Shown: positions 13,989-27,640 of the stretch, piece after piece | Position numbering within the stretch: position 1 is the first letter of the stretch | How the letters are laid out: the number at the start of each line of letters is the position of its first letter | Source: the human T2T-CHM13v2.0 reference genome, Homo sapiens | Length of the DNA: 64,000 nucleotides | Reading direction: 5' to 3' (one strand) | Assembly (NCBI RefSeq): GCF_009914755.1 | Contig: NC_060926.1 | Notes under the pieces: model-generated | Databases searched by the model: none | The model's input: only the letters and a program-made list of their open reading frames with translations | What the model was told of the DNA's origin: nothing | Translations under genes and position numbers: made by a program

Positions 13989-14847
13989 CTGGCAGCACAC
14001 ACCCCGTCATGAAACAGAAACGTGTTGATGGAGTTAACATTTGGGCTAATGCAAGAGGGTTAGGAGGTGTGAAAAGTGGGTTGAGCTCTAGAGGACTGAA
14101 AGTTTAGTGACATGACTACATCTGAGGGAGGGAAGAATGTGTGAGAAGAATCAAGGGGCTTTTTGCAGGGCTGCTAAACCCCAGCACAGGCAATATGTGA
14201 AAATGACTGCTTCCCCAAAGGCCCATGAACAAGCCTGTGTTAATTACAAAACACAGTTTAAATAACCACTAATTAACTTAGTTACACTAATGTAAAGTTG
14301 TCACATGCAGCAATGCCCTGTTGAAATCCATCCTTCTAGCCTGATCCACTAGTGAAATGGAAAAGCTTTGGTTCCATGAGAGGAAGGAACTATAAGCCTC
14401 AAACAGTTCAGGATTAAATGTCATCATCTTTCTGGTAATGCAATAGGGTAAAATGAGAGACATGAAGGTTAAGACAGCAGAATCACTTTTTAAATGAAGA
14501 TGTACATTCTGAAAACTGTACTGGTCCTTCTGAAATGTTATTAAATGAAAAAATTAATAATCAAACTTTTGGAAAAAAAATCAAGCACCTCTTTGTTAAT
14601 GCACATGCAAGTCCCTTATAACCTATAGGTATGCAATCAGGATGGCCTCTGAAGAAATGATTCCTGTTAAGGTGTATTTCATATAATTCATAAAGGGGCC
14701 TCCATAATCCACAAAGCTTCCTCCCTTGGAGAAGCTCTGGGCCTTGCTCACTTTGTTTTTCACTGAGTGACTATGCTAAGCCTGCTGTCTAGAAAGGATG
14801 ATAATCAGAAAGTTAGTTCTAATCAGGTGATGCTGTTGCAGTCTTAC

Positions 14848-14904
14848 CATTTCCTAATGTTCTCACATCTACATCTTCTCTTCCAGAGGATGAAAAATTA
14901 AAAC
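14848..14904 (-). CDS. PUS10: PUS10 catalytic exon (FNFSSSGREDVDVRTLGN)
   Basis: 57 nt; contains the Pus10 GREDVD motif with the catalytic Asp; AG at 14905-14906, GTAAG donor at 14847. Confidence 0.96.
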
Positions 14905-15144
14905 CTTTGAAAAGCAGATAAAGAAAAAAAAATTAGAGACATCATAGCTCTAAGATATTCATTCCCAACCTTTGCTAGAAACCCAACTGAAGGTCTTGAA
15001 CAATCTATAGGAGAATCCCCAGGGAGAGTCATCATCCCACCTCTAATGTCAATCTCTACTAAAAATAGTAATGCTAATAGTAAACACCATTTATTGAGAA
15101 CTTATTATATGCCAGGCATTGGACTAAAAATGTTATATATATAA

Positions 15145-15459
<315 letters not shown>

Positions 15460-16524
15460 ATGTACTATTTAATCCTTATTATAACCTTATAAAGTAGGTA
15501 TAAAATAAAAGAACACCAAGCTTCAGAAAAGTTAGGTAATGTTCCCAAGGTCACACAAGTAAATGGCAGAGCTAGGTGTTTCTGACGTTAAAATCCAACC
15601 TTAACTACCATCCCATGGGAACGCCAAGGCAGAGTCCTGTTTGGAAGAAGAGCCCACCACCCCTCTGGCCATAAGCGTATGGTGAAAACTCTATAATCTT
15701 TCTTTCTTTCCTTAGAACAAAGCAAAAACAGTCATTATTTAAGAATTAAACACCATGAAAGGAAAAGGAGGGAAAAAAAGGTTTGACTCTAAGAAGCAAA
15801 TTCATTATATATGATTATACATGTCATGAAACCAAAGCTGGGACCATGACAGAACCAGCGTATGCTCTGCGATAAGTTGATCGTCACGGACTAAAAGCTG
15901 CAAATATTGGAAGGAGAAAATTAAAAAAAAAAAAAATGTAAGGGGCTTACACAACAACTTTTTTAGATATAGAACTAGGCCAGGCAGGATGTAGGAGTCT
16001 GTGAACCACTAAGTCCCAAAAAACTCTCCCTTCTGTGTTTACACTCCAGTGTGAAGTTACTAATAAATCCATAGCAATATCGGTATCTTCTAATCAGAGT
16101 CAACAGACTCAACCTGTAGTGCTAACAACAGATGGATGGCCATAGTTCAATGGTGAATTCAAAAAGGGCATCTGGGAAGCTGAAGATGCAGACTCCTTGG
16201 GGCTAGGATTTGTCTTACACCTGCCCACCCCTGTCTCCCGGTCAGCCCCGTCAGGAAAACAGGGTGTCCACAGTGACTGAACAAGAACCTGTGACTGGCA
16301 GGGGTGAAGGGAATGAACAGGCCTCAAAGAAATAAGTCTACTAGTTACTGAAGGAGCAGAAATCTTAAATTCATAAGTCAGCCATAAAACTTCCCACAAA
16401 TTCCAGCCCATCAGTAAGAAAGAGGTGTAGAAAGCTAGGCCCTTGAGAAGGCCACAAAAGCATTTGATTCAGACTAAAGGAGAAGCCATATTTACTGATC
16501 TTTTAGAAAAATGTTTCAAACCAG

Positions 16525-16867
<343 letters not shown>

Positions 16868-17109
16868 TTAAGGAAACATCCTTGGACTCCAGAGTGAGAG
16901 AAACCTGGGAGGTAAACCTGAAAACTTATTAGTGTGCAATTATAAATAGCAGCTGACAAAAAAGGAAAAGAAGCCACTCCCTTAAGTATTAGAAAATACA
17001 TGCTTAAAACTTGGTTGAGTTTTTTCAACTCCCATTATGCCTTGTCTCATCCCCCTAAGAAACAGTATCAAGGGCAAGAATGATCAGGAACTATAAGTGG
17101 TTCAGCTAA

Positions 17110-17632
17110 TCTGCAGTGGTCCTCGTGTGCTGATGCCTGGAACGCGATGCACAAGCCTTGGACAAAGGATGCTGCAAGACCCATGACACACCTGCCCCCT
17201 GGCTGGCTCATAGCATTTATGATGGGTGGAGCTGGCTAGTGGGGGAACATGTAGTACCCCCAGCCCAGGCACTGTGGTGCCCAGAGCAACACTGGGTTAA
17301 CACCACTGGGATGGCTACCTGTCACGGCCTGTGTAAACATAACACGGTGCTGTACCTTTATCCCAGATAATCGGCAGAACGTAAAAGCAGCCCTGCAATG
17401 GGTCTCACGGGAGATTAAGACAGTCAAGGGTTTTACTGATGACCCCCTGCAGAGATGGCGGGCATCCCTAGGCTCTAGCCTACGCTGTGCCCTGGTAGAC
17501 ATAAGTAGCATAGCTGGGATCCTAGTGGTGATCTGTTGCTCTCTGTATTGTTGTTGTGAGTTATGGACTCAGGGCTCTGCCCTATGGCCGTGTGTCCCTG
17601 CCCAGAGGACACCCTCAGCCCAGGGGGTGGAG
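17110..17632 (+). mobile_element. HERV-S/HERVL18-like internal remnant (env TM region plus polypurine tract)
   Basis: Frame from 17348 reads CCTFIPDN...IAGILVVICCSLYCCC (env TM-like); PPT agggggtggag directly precedes the LTR. Confidence 0.7.
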
Positions 17633-17988
17633 TATAAGGGAAATGGCTGTGTTTTAGTCAGGAGTAGACTGAGGCAGGCTTCCAGCACAGCATGACTCAG
17701 TAGGTTTGGTGCACAGGTGCACAACCCCACACATTATGTAACCATGCCACGTGAGGCACATTAGGTGATCACTCACATGAACTTTTGCTTGGCTCGGAGC
17801 CACTATTGTCTGTAAAAGGTATAACTACCCTGCTGATGCTGTACATATGTCTCGTGCCTGGGCTTTTGCCCAGAGAGAGAGAATAAAGCCATGTCCAAAA
17901 CTCCCTAAGATTCCTTAAGTGTTCTTTCAGCTGCCCACCACTCATCCGCCCACTCCTCTCGGTCTTCAGCTTGGGCTGGAACCTGACA
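17633..17988 (+). mobile_element. LTR18-family LTR
   Basis: tataagggaaatggctgtg...ggaacctgaca; internal gcatgactcag, ttatgtaacc, aataaagccatgtc match my recollection of LTR18A/B. Confidence 0.8.
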
Positions 17989-18385
17989 CTTGGCGTGACA
18001 GGTGGCCCCAAAAAGAATCCAAATGAAACTTTTTGTGCTAACGCTTTATTTTCATCCCTTCATAACCTGCATAAGTCTTATGTGATAATCCATTTGTAAA
18101 TACCAAATTAAGCGGGTAAAAGCTCATGGCAAAGCCCAGGGTCTTTACTGCTAAGATTTTGGAAAATATTAGGGTGCTGGTATACTCTTTTTTCCATTCA
18201 GTAAACAATTCTTAAAGACCCTTAAAGAAGGGCCACCTCTGTGATAGGCAACAAATTATAAGAGGGATGTGGTTTGAAGTGTTTCTCTTTCCTCCTTGCA
18301 AGTCAGGGAGCTGGAAGGGTCAGCCATGTCTCATCTAGACCATGTGTTTGTCATTATCAAAGCATGCTTATCTTAAGGTCTTTCA

Positions 18386-18725
<340 letters not shown>

Positions 18726-19214
18726 GGTTTTCTAATTATACTAGGAGCCTCATTCCAAAGAGTAATATCATCCATGCCCTGCAGTTTTTCCTGACGTGTA
18801 ACACCATTTCCTGCAATTGAAATCACAAGACATTATGCTGCCTTTGACCTGACAGGCCTGTTGAGACAAGGAAAACATAAACCTGATGGAACCTGACTCA
18901 TCCCATGAACCTGGGCTCGTTAATACCTAAATTCAAAAACATTACAGCTGCCATTCAGTCTTTGTAAAATGGCTGCTGTTGATTTACTTTCTCTAGGCCT
19001 GAACTTTATTCCAGGACACTTTACAGGTTAAGAGAGAAGCCAAACACTTGCCAGTGATTACTCTTGAAGAAGCACTGGATGTGGAAGATGTGTTTTAATT
19101 TCCTCATATTCCCCCAAAGAGGCCAAGGCTGAGGTGTACCAAGGTCAGGGCTTAGGTGCATTCATTTAAAGTAGTTTCAGTTGTTTTGAATTTCCCCAGG
19201 AGAGAACAGTCATT

Positions 19215-19517
19215 TTTCAAATTTATTTTTTATTTTTTTAGGCAGAGTCTCACTCTTTCGTCCAGGCTGGAGTGCAGTAGTGCGAGCTCAGCACACTGCA
19301 ACCTCTGCCTCCTGGGTTCAAGCGATTCGTGCCTCAGCCTTCCAAGTAGCTGGGACTATTGGTGCGCACCACCATGCCCAGCTGATTTTTGTATTTTTAG
19401 TAGACACAGGGTCTCACCATGTTGCCCAGGCTGGTCTTGAATTCCTGGCTGCAAGTGATTCGCCCGCCTCAGCCACCCAGAGTGCTGGGATTGCAGGTGC
19501 GCACCACTGCACTCGGC
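19215..19517 (-). mobile_element. Alu
   Basis: Antisense dimer. Confidence 0.93.
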
Positions 19518-19719
19518 AGAGCAATCATCTTGAGAGAGGACAGGCAGATATTCTCGAGTGCCTTGGCTGAAATCCAGCCCAGGCCAGCGGCACCCAGAAC
19601 ATGATGCCATAGGCACAGGAAGCCTATGGCCAAGAGGCCCAGACTTGGTAGTGATTAACAAAATATAGAAATCTTTCCTGCCACCCCCAAGAAATCTATT
19701 CATGAATGTCAGTGTATTA

Positions 19720-20200
<481 letters not shown>

Positions 20201-20222
20201 GTATGAAGATCGTAACACTTAC

Positions 20223-20348
20223 TCTCTGCTTTAAATACTGCCAACAGATGATCTGAAATTAATTCTTCCACTGAAGATTCCAGCTTCCTTTCTCCATCAA
20301 TTATCCAAGGAGTTTGTGGTAGATTCCTGGAGTATTTATTATATCTCC
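20223..20348 (-). CDS. PUS10: PUS10 exon (GRYNKYSRNLPQTPW...VFKAES)
   Basis: 126 nt; AG at 20349-20350, GTAAGT donor at 20222. Confidence 0.96.
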
Positions 20349-21292
20349 CTGAGAAAGAAATAATCAGATAGCCTGGATGGAATGGAGTAATTAACATGGT
20401 AGGATAAAAAGAGAAGCAACAACTATAAGGGCCAATATCCTAAGTGCTACGATATAAAACAAGGCCTATCCTTTACCTAACTAACAATCCAATTTGGAGA
20501 CCTGGGACATATACATGTAGATAATTAAATAAAAAGGTTTAAAGTAACAATAAAATAGATGGGTAAATATATGATATGAATGGTACATCAAATGAGTTTG
20601 AAAGGAATGCTCAATATATTTAATTTGATTGGCTGACTAAACAAGTTATATAATATTATGAATATACCAAGGATAAAAAAAAAAAAAAAAAACGCAACCA
20701 AACTTGCTTTTACACCTGATGAGTAAAGCTACAGTAAGGCAGGTAGCTTTCATTGCCCTAGGATAGGATATTATAGTCAAGGCTGAAGAGCAATTTCACT
20801 TCAGCTATTACTATAAAACAGTTGTAACTTTCAAACAAAAATTTGTCTGCCAGATTACCTTTTAGGAAAGTCAATGAACAATTTCTTTCCAGTGGAAGCC
20901 AAGTGTTTAGTCATTTTGGAGATAATAAGTTATTTTTTCAAGTTTGCTTTTATGTTATAAAATAGCCTCTGTCCTGCTGTTTTTCTCCAAACCAGTTTTG
21001 GGTCTCTGCATCTACCCATATTTCTACTTGGCCATCTCTGATGAGAACTATTAAAACCTAGGAAGTGTCATTTCCCTTTGGCATGGCATTTAAAATAACT
21101 GATCTCCTAAGTGATCCTTTAGAATGCCCACAAAACCTAAAATAAGTTTGGCTATTGATTCTACTTCTCAAGAGAGTAAACTTATTAGAATCTAATAACA
21201 ACAATAAGAATAAAATAGAACAGGAGTCAGCTGAGTTTTTAGAAAGGAGAGTACGTTCACAGTGTATGTATATTCTAGACTAAATATTTTAC

Positions 21293-21378
21293 CAGCCACA
21301 AAAACAGCACCATGAGCACATTCAATTTCAAGAACAGCGCATACAGCCTTTGGTGAGTTTGGAGGACAAGGAAACTGC
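21293..21378 (-). CDS. PUS10: PUS10 exon (QFPCPPNSPKAVCAVLEIECAHGAVFVAG)
   Basis: 86 nt; AG at 21379-21380, GT at 21291-21292. Confidence 0.95.
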
Positions 21379-21615
21379 CTGCAAAACAAAATAAATTTTA
21401 TAGCTATTTTCCAGACATAATATTGAATCACAAAACTTAGATGAATCAGCATTGTCTGAGACATACACAGAGCCCAAGTCTCTCTCTAACTTTTAGTTTC
21501 GCAACAATACAGGTCTTGCAGGCCTGTGGAGTAACAATTTTAACATATGAGAGTGGCACTAAGTAAATAAGGGCTCTGCTGCTACCTTTCACCTTCGGGA
21601 GGACTTATCTTCCGA

Positions 21616-21649
21616 GGCAAAAACTGCAATTACTTTTGCACCAACCTAA
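21616..21649. mobile_element. Solo Hsmar1/MADE1 terminal inverted repeat
   Basis: ggcaaaaactgcaattacttttgcaccaacctaa followed by TA. Confidence 0.85.
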
Positions 21650-22109
21650 TACTTTCCAATAGCCTCAAGATTTGAGGGAAAAATCCATACATAGGAAGTG
21701 GAAGCCCCTTCAGGCTCTTTAACCATTTTGCTGTCCATGGTCATGTGCAGTTTACTGCTGACTCTACCCCCCTTATCACATCATCGTTTGAAATGTATTG
21801 AAGGATCTTCTGGAAAGAAAACTTACAGTAATATTTTATTTAATAAAATGAATGTACCAAGAATTAAAATGTAAGGTTTATTGCATTTATTTTATTTTAG
21901 CATATTTTAACAAGTGAGGAAACTCATGAGCCTTCCTCTCCCTTTTCTGGAGATGAACGATACTAGGAAATACAGGACTAAGGATGTAATAGGCATAGCA
22001 CTGGGCTAGAATTTCAGGACATCTGGCTCCAGGTCTACTCTATTACTAGCTTAGGCAAGTCAACTCCTTCTTTGGACACACTACCCTCTTCTAAAAGATC
22101 AAGAAGTTA

Positions 22110-22445
<336 letters not shown>

Positions 22446-22655
22446 GACGTTAGACTTGATATTAATTTGACAAACATTTACTGAACACCACATATGCCAG
22501 GTACTGCACCATGGGTTGGAGAGATAACAATGACTAAGACACAATCCTGGCCCCTGAAATACATCATCTTGTTTCAGAGATAATCCAGCTTATCTCTAAC
22601 ATTCCCTTTATTCTAAAATTTCACGATGCTTCTTTGTTTCTAAACTTCTACTTAC

Positions 22656-22720
22656 TTAAGGAAATCCTCTTCCTTTATCTTATTCAAGGCTTTCATAACT
22701 GCCATTCTAGTGAATACAGA
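22656..22720 (-). CDS. PUS10: PUS10 exon (SVFTRMAVMKALNKIKEEDFLK)
   Basis: 65 nt; AG at 22721-22722, GTAAGT donor at 22655. Confidence 0.95.
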
Positions 22721-24887
22721 CTATATAGGGTAAAATGAGAAGAAAAGACATTTTATTATCCAGACAAGAAAACATCAGACGTGAAACACAGAACATGGCT
22801 GGAGAAATTGTATCATTTCATTATATCATTTCATATACTTAACATGGAGAAATACTTAAGCATTTCAAGAAAATAAATAAAACTTAAGCATTCATGTCAG
22901 TTCTGCAACTGGCATACCTCTGTAACCCTTCTCTTCAATCTGGTCTTTGTCTATAATAACAGGCAGATCTAGCAGAACAGGTCTTCTTCACCACACTGTC
23001 CCACTTCTCTCAAATTATGGTATAATTCAAATACAAAACATGATGACACTGTAGGAAGTGTGATTTAATTTTTTTTCCCTTGACTTCAACAGGAATTTAG
23101 ATTGATTCAGCTACCTTTTCTTTCCTACATCCCTTCAGAGGCCACAGTATGTAATTTAGGAGTTGGCTGCCAGGGTAAGGGATAAAGCAGAGCCAACCTG
23201 CCAGCCCTGGCATCTAGCAACTCAGTCTCACTCACCAGCCACAGAGTAAGCAAATCCACTGTACTGAACAGAAGGGCATCTACAACAAATGTTCCACTTG
23301 GATTTTTTAAGATAAGAAAAGCCAAACTGCACAGTAGACACACTAGAACTAATTAGTGCATATATACATGGCTTACCATGATAAATCACAATTAGTTCTT
23401 CTGTTAGGAGAAATCACATTTGACTGAAAAGGATTACAGTGTAGGCAGCTCAACAGTATATCACCAAAGGAATAATTTTTTCAAAACCATATTCTAGGGA
23501 ACACTATGGCATTCTATAAGATACCATAGGGTTACAACTGAAAATTAAGTGCCTGTTTGATAAGATATGAAATCTTAGGCTTGAAAAAAATCTCAAAAAG
23601 TCATTCAATTTGCTCCCAGCCATGAGGCAAGAAAACTATACTTCAGACTCTACAACTCCCACTGGCCAATGGTGTGGTGTCTATGATGCTTTAACAAAAA
23701 TCTCCTTATCCTATTACTTGATGCCTATTATTATATTTCCTTAAGGGTAAATAAAATAAAACTAGGTCTTCAATGTAGATACATCTTACAGGTTATTTGG
23801 GCAGAGCTTCCCAACTGGCATAGCAAAGCAGTGGACTATGGTTGTGCCAAGATGTTGATCTCTTTAGTTCAGAAGGGTTGCTGGGCAGGGCCTCAGACAG
23901 TGGAAACCCCAGGCCTGTTGCTACCAATCTGAAGCAACTCCATCCTGTTAAGCTCAGGGTGCTGAACAAACATGGAATGTTTTAGATGTGCCATGATATA
24001 AGAAAAGTAGGGAGGTGCTGCTTTCGGCTTGGTCTGCATTTCTAATTATTTCTGCACAGGGCATTAGGCAAATGTTACAAACTTCTTTCCCCCAGTTCTA
24101 AAAGGCCCAGCAATTAGTCAAAGCAAGAGGCAAAACCAACAGATGTACATTTGACAATGAGCTTATGTTCTTTTTAACAATCACAACAACAAAATGAATG
24201 TCAGTAAAACTGTAGGAATGCCTAAGTCTACGTACCAAACCACCTACGAAACTGATGCATGAAAGATGACCAATATCGCACCACATCATTCTATCCTGAC
24301 ATGATACGAGCTAAGAGTGTATGTTAACTAACTTGTCCGTTAACATGAAGATTAGCTAACATTAAGATGATAAAGAAGAGTTTGAATAAAAATGCCCTTT
24401 TTGCAAATGTAGCCAGAAAGAGGACATGTTAATTCAGGACTGTCCTAAATAAAACAACTTACTTTGAATTATATATTCTAAACATTGATTTCTGGAAAAT
24501 GGATATTAGCTGAAAGTTTGGAATGCTACTGATACTTACCATTGATTTTCTCAGATGATGTAATTTGAGGGATTAAAATCTAAACGTCGAATTTAATGAG
24601 TAATAGTAACATCACTGAAACACTGATTCTAAATTTAACATCGTCAGGGGAACAATCTAGACACTACACAAACATGAGGATGTTTGTGTGCTACAACTTC
24701 CTAGCCAGAGGTGAAGGTTGAAAAAGTTGAAAAACAAAAATTAATGTAGCAAATGGAAATATTTAAAAGCTGATTCTTAGTATAATAGAGTTGCCATGTT
24801 TCTGATGCATATCCTTTTTGTTGGAAATTTGAATATTCAGCTCAGACAAAACTCACTCAAGACTAAGAAGCGGGAACCTTTCCTTAC

Positions 24888-24933
24888 CTGTTTGTTTTTG
24901 GCTGGCTTAAAACAATCTGGGCATATCGCAGCT
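24888..24933 (-). CDS. PUS10: PUS10 exon (AAICPDCFKPAKNKQ)
   Basis: 46 nt; AG at 24934-24935, CAG|GTAAGG donor. Confidence 0.95.
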
Positions 24934-25252
24934 CTAAAATAAAATTCAAGTTAATATAAAAGGTTAATGAGTTTATTTTGGGGTAGATATAATTCAAATA
25001 TATTTCATACAAAATGGCTGCTAAACTCAGGACATCAGGAGCAGACAAAATGAGTCCCTGTATGAGCTATATCGGTTTGCCCAGGAACTATGTTCAAGGA
25101 CACATTTTATTTTTTTGAGGGCACATTTTAAACCTACTAAGACATAACAAGTTCTTCTCTTTCTTATTAGGAAGAGAAGCAATACTATTTTCATGAAAAC
25201 CAAACAGCATTAACAATTTTACACCATTGACGTTGTTTACATGGCAACTTAC

Positions 25253-25314
25253 AGGAAGTGGCAATCCTCAACTGTTTCTGGGTGAGCAAAGACCACACTC
25301 ACTTCAAACAAGCT
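25253..25314 (-). CDS. PUS10: PUS10 exon (SLFEVSVVFAHPETVEDCHFL)
   Basis: 62 nt; AG at 25315-25316, GTAAGT donor at 25252. Confidence 0.95.
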
Positions 25315-27331
25315 CTAAAAATTATAAAGACAGTTTAAAAATGAGCAAAAGGAAACTAACATCTAACAACTTATTAATGGAAATAGAAATTAATTCTCAA
25401 AGATTGGCTCAGAAAAGAATGACCAGAAAAACTGGAAATACTACTGCTCTCAAATCAACTTGTTATCAGGGCAGCTGTAAAGGAAATAGTTTTGTTTTTT
25501 TTTTTAACTTCTAAAACTCAGTCATTAGTGATCCTACCAAAAAAGTTTTAAAATAAATGTGTATACTTTTTGGACAAATGTGTAAATTAGGTATAAAGAT
25601 GAATGAGAATTTACAGAATTGAAAATAAATAATAACAGAGAGAAATGAAGAATTATTCTGCCAATACTATGATTTGAATTATTAGCAAGGCAAAAAACAT
25701 ACTATTCAGATCCCTAAAAACCATATGAAGCTTCTTTTTAAAGTGCTCAAACGTCTTAATGGATTTGAGTTTTAAAACCAGATCTTAATTTTTTTTGTTT
25801 TATTACAAAAATTATACACATAAATTATAAAATGATCAAATACAAGACAGTTTTTCAATCCCACGCCACTGAAGCAGAACCATTAACAATTTGATGTTTC
25901 TTTCTAGGCATTTTTGTGAATATAAATGTATATGTATTATTTTTTAAGACATGCTTTTGGAAAATTGCTTTAATATTATATCATGGAAATCTTTTCAACT
26001 CTAGGGACTGTCAGACATTTAAGCTGTAGAAAATTTTTCTGTAACAAAAAAAAAATGCTATAATGAACATCCTTGTACACCAAAAAAAGCATGATTTTAT
26101 ACTTTTACCTCCATGGAGAATATACAAAATTCCATATCGGGGAGGGGTCAGGGGGAGGAATAGCTAAAAATGCCATACTATGTTGCAATTTTGTCTTTAT
26201 ATTTACTGAGTTCATTGGATAGTTAGTAGACCTATTAGCTACTCTAGAATCACAATAATGAATAGCTTTTTTTTTCTCGCTCCTTATTCTAATCTATACA
26301 ATAATTAAAATGAACAACGCATTCCTTTTATTCAGGGAAACTTCACTCAACCCACATCTTTTGTTTTCTATTTTCTGTTCTCACTGATACAACATGTAAA
26401 ATTATTTGTGCTTCAAAACTGAAATTTGAGGTAAAAATATTTTGCATTAATGACTTCTCTAACTTCCAAAATACTTTCATTACCTCATTTCCTCTTCATG
26501 CTATCTGTGAAGTGGTTTTATTCTCTATTCTCTCAATACTCGGTTTACAGAACAGAGCATATTCTTACAGAAGGAAATATTACTGCATAATTCAGAATGG
26601 TTTTGAAAAACTGTTTAGCTTTAGTAGATGGTTTTGTGATTTTATTTGAATAGGGGTGTATCTGATATTCAGGGAATTTCCTTCTAGCAAAATGATGAAG
26701 CAATGAGGCCATAATATTAAAATCTAATTTAAGATGACCTTCCTGTTTTCACACCTGGAAGCCTGTTGAGTCTTCCCTGAAAGTCAACCCATTTCAGAGA
26801 CTGAGGTAAGGTCTGCTCTGGAAAAGGGAAATGTTCTGTTTTCAAAGGCAGTTACTGCCTAAAAGTAAACAGGGGGATTTGAGATACCAACAAGGTAGGA
26901 TTGAGCCCATACTCATTGTAGTTGAATAGGTTCTGTCCATGCATTTGAAAACAAGATTAGCCACAGATAAACCAAAATTAAATAGTCCAGAGTTGACTCT
27001 ATATTTGCTTGCAGTTATTTATATGTTGCTTTGCATCAAGTCTGATGCTTTGCATCAAGGCAAAGATTCATTTCTAACCTTTTAAGGTCAATTAGGGCAC
27101 CTGGTACCTTCATAAGTGTCTTAGATCATAAAGAAGTCTAAGGGAAAAAGAAAAAAAGAAATGCTTTGACTTCAATTTAAGACTATCAGAATTTAACATT
27201 TTAAAAGCTTAAAAAATCCTTCACTGGATTATTTAAAAAGAAGTTTTTTTGGCTAACCAAAACCCTGCCATATAATTAAGTAAAACTAGTAAAATCAGAG
27301 AATAAAATTAACAATGCTGTTGACCCAATAC

Positions 27332-27443
27332 CTTTCCATCAATGGGAACACCCAGTTCCTCTGAAAACAGGGGGTGAGTTATCCATTTGTAGGCTTCTTT
27401 TAGCTGAACTATATCATCTCTTCCCAGCGACAGACTCTGCTTT
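27332..27443 (-). CDS. PUS10: PUS10 exon (KQSLSLGRDDIVQLKEAYKW...PIDGK)
   Basis: 112 nt; AG at 27444-27445, GT at 27330-27331. Confidence 0.95.
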
Positions 27444-27529
27444 CTGAATAACATAAAAATTAATTCACTGACATGAAAAACTTTACTTTTTCTATTAAAG
27501 GCAAGAATTTATGCAATTATTTTTAAAAT

Positions 27530-27640
27530 ATTGATTGAGTGCCTAGTATGTACCAGGCACTATTCTACACATTAAATAGAAAGCAGAGAACAAAGCAGAC
27601 AAAAATTCCTCACCTCATGGACCTTATACTCTAGTGGAAT
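27530..27640 (-). mobile_element. L2 3' fragment
   Basis: ttgagtgcctagtatgtaccaggcactattcta...cctcatggaccttatactctagtgg. Confidence 0.65.

Noticed and set aside
24197-24292. Possible intronic C/D-box snoRNA on the minus strand (ATGATGT...CTGA, about 89 nt)
   Set aside because: C box is mismatched, there is no terminal stem outside the boxes, and I could not identify a guide target; a snoscan/Infernal hit would be needed
24533-24540. Strong orphan donor ATG|GTAAGT
   Set aside because: No convincing upstream acceptor to define an exon
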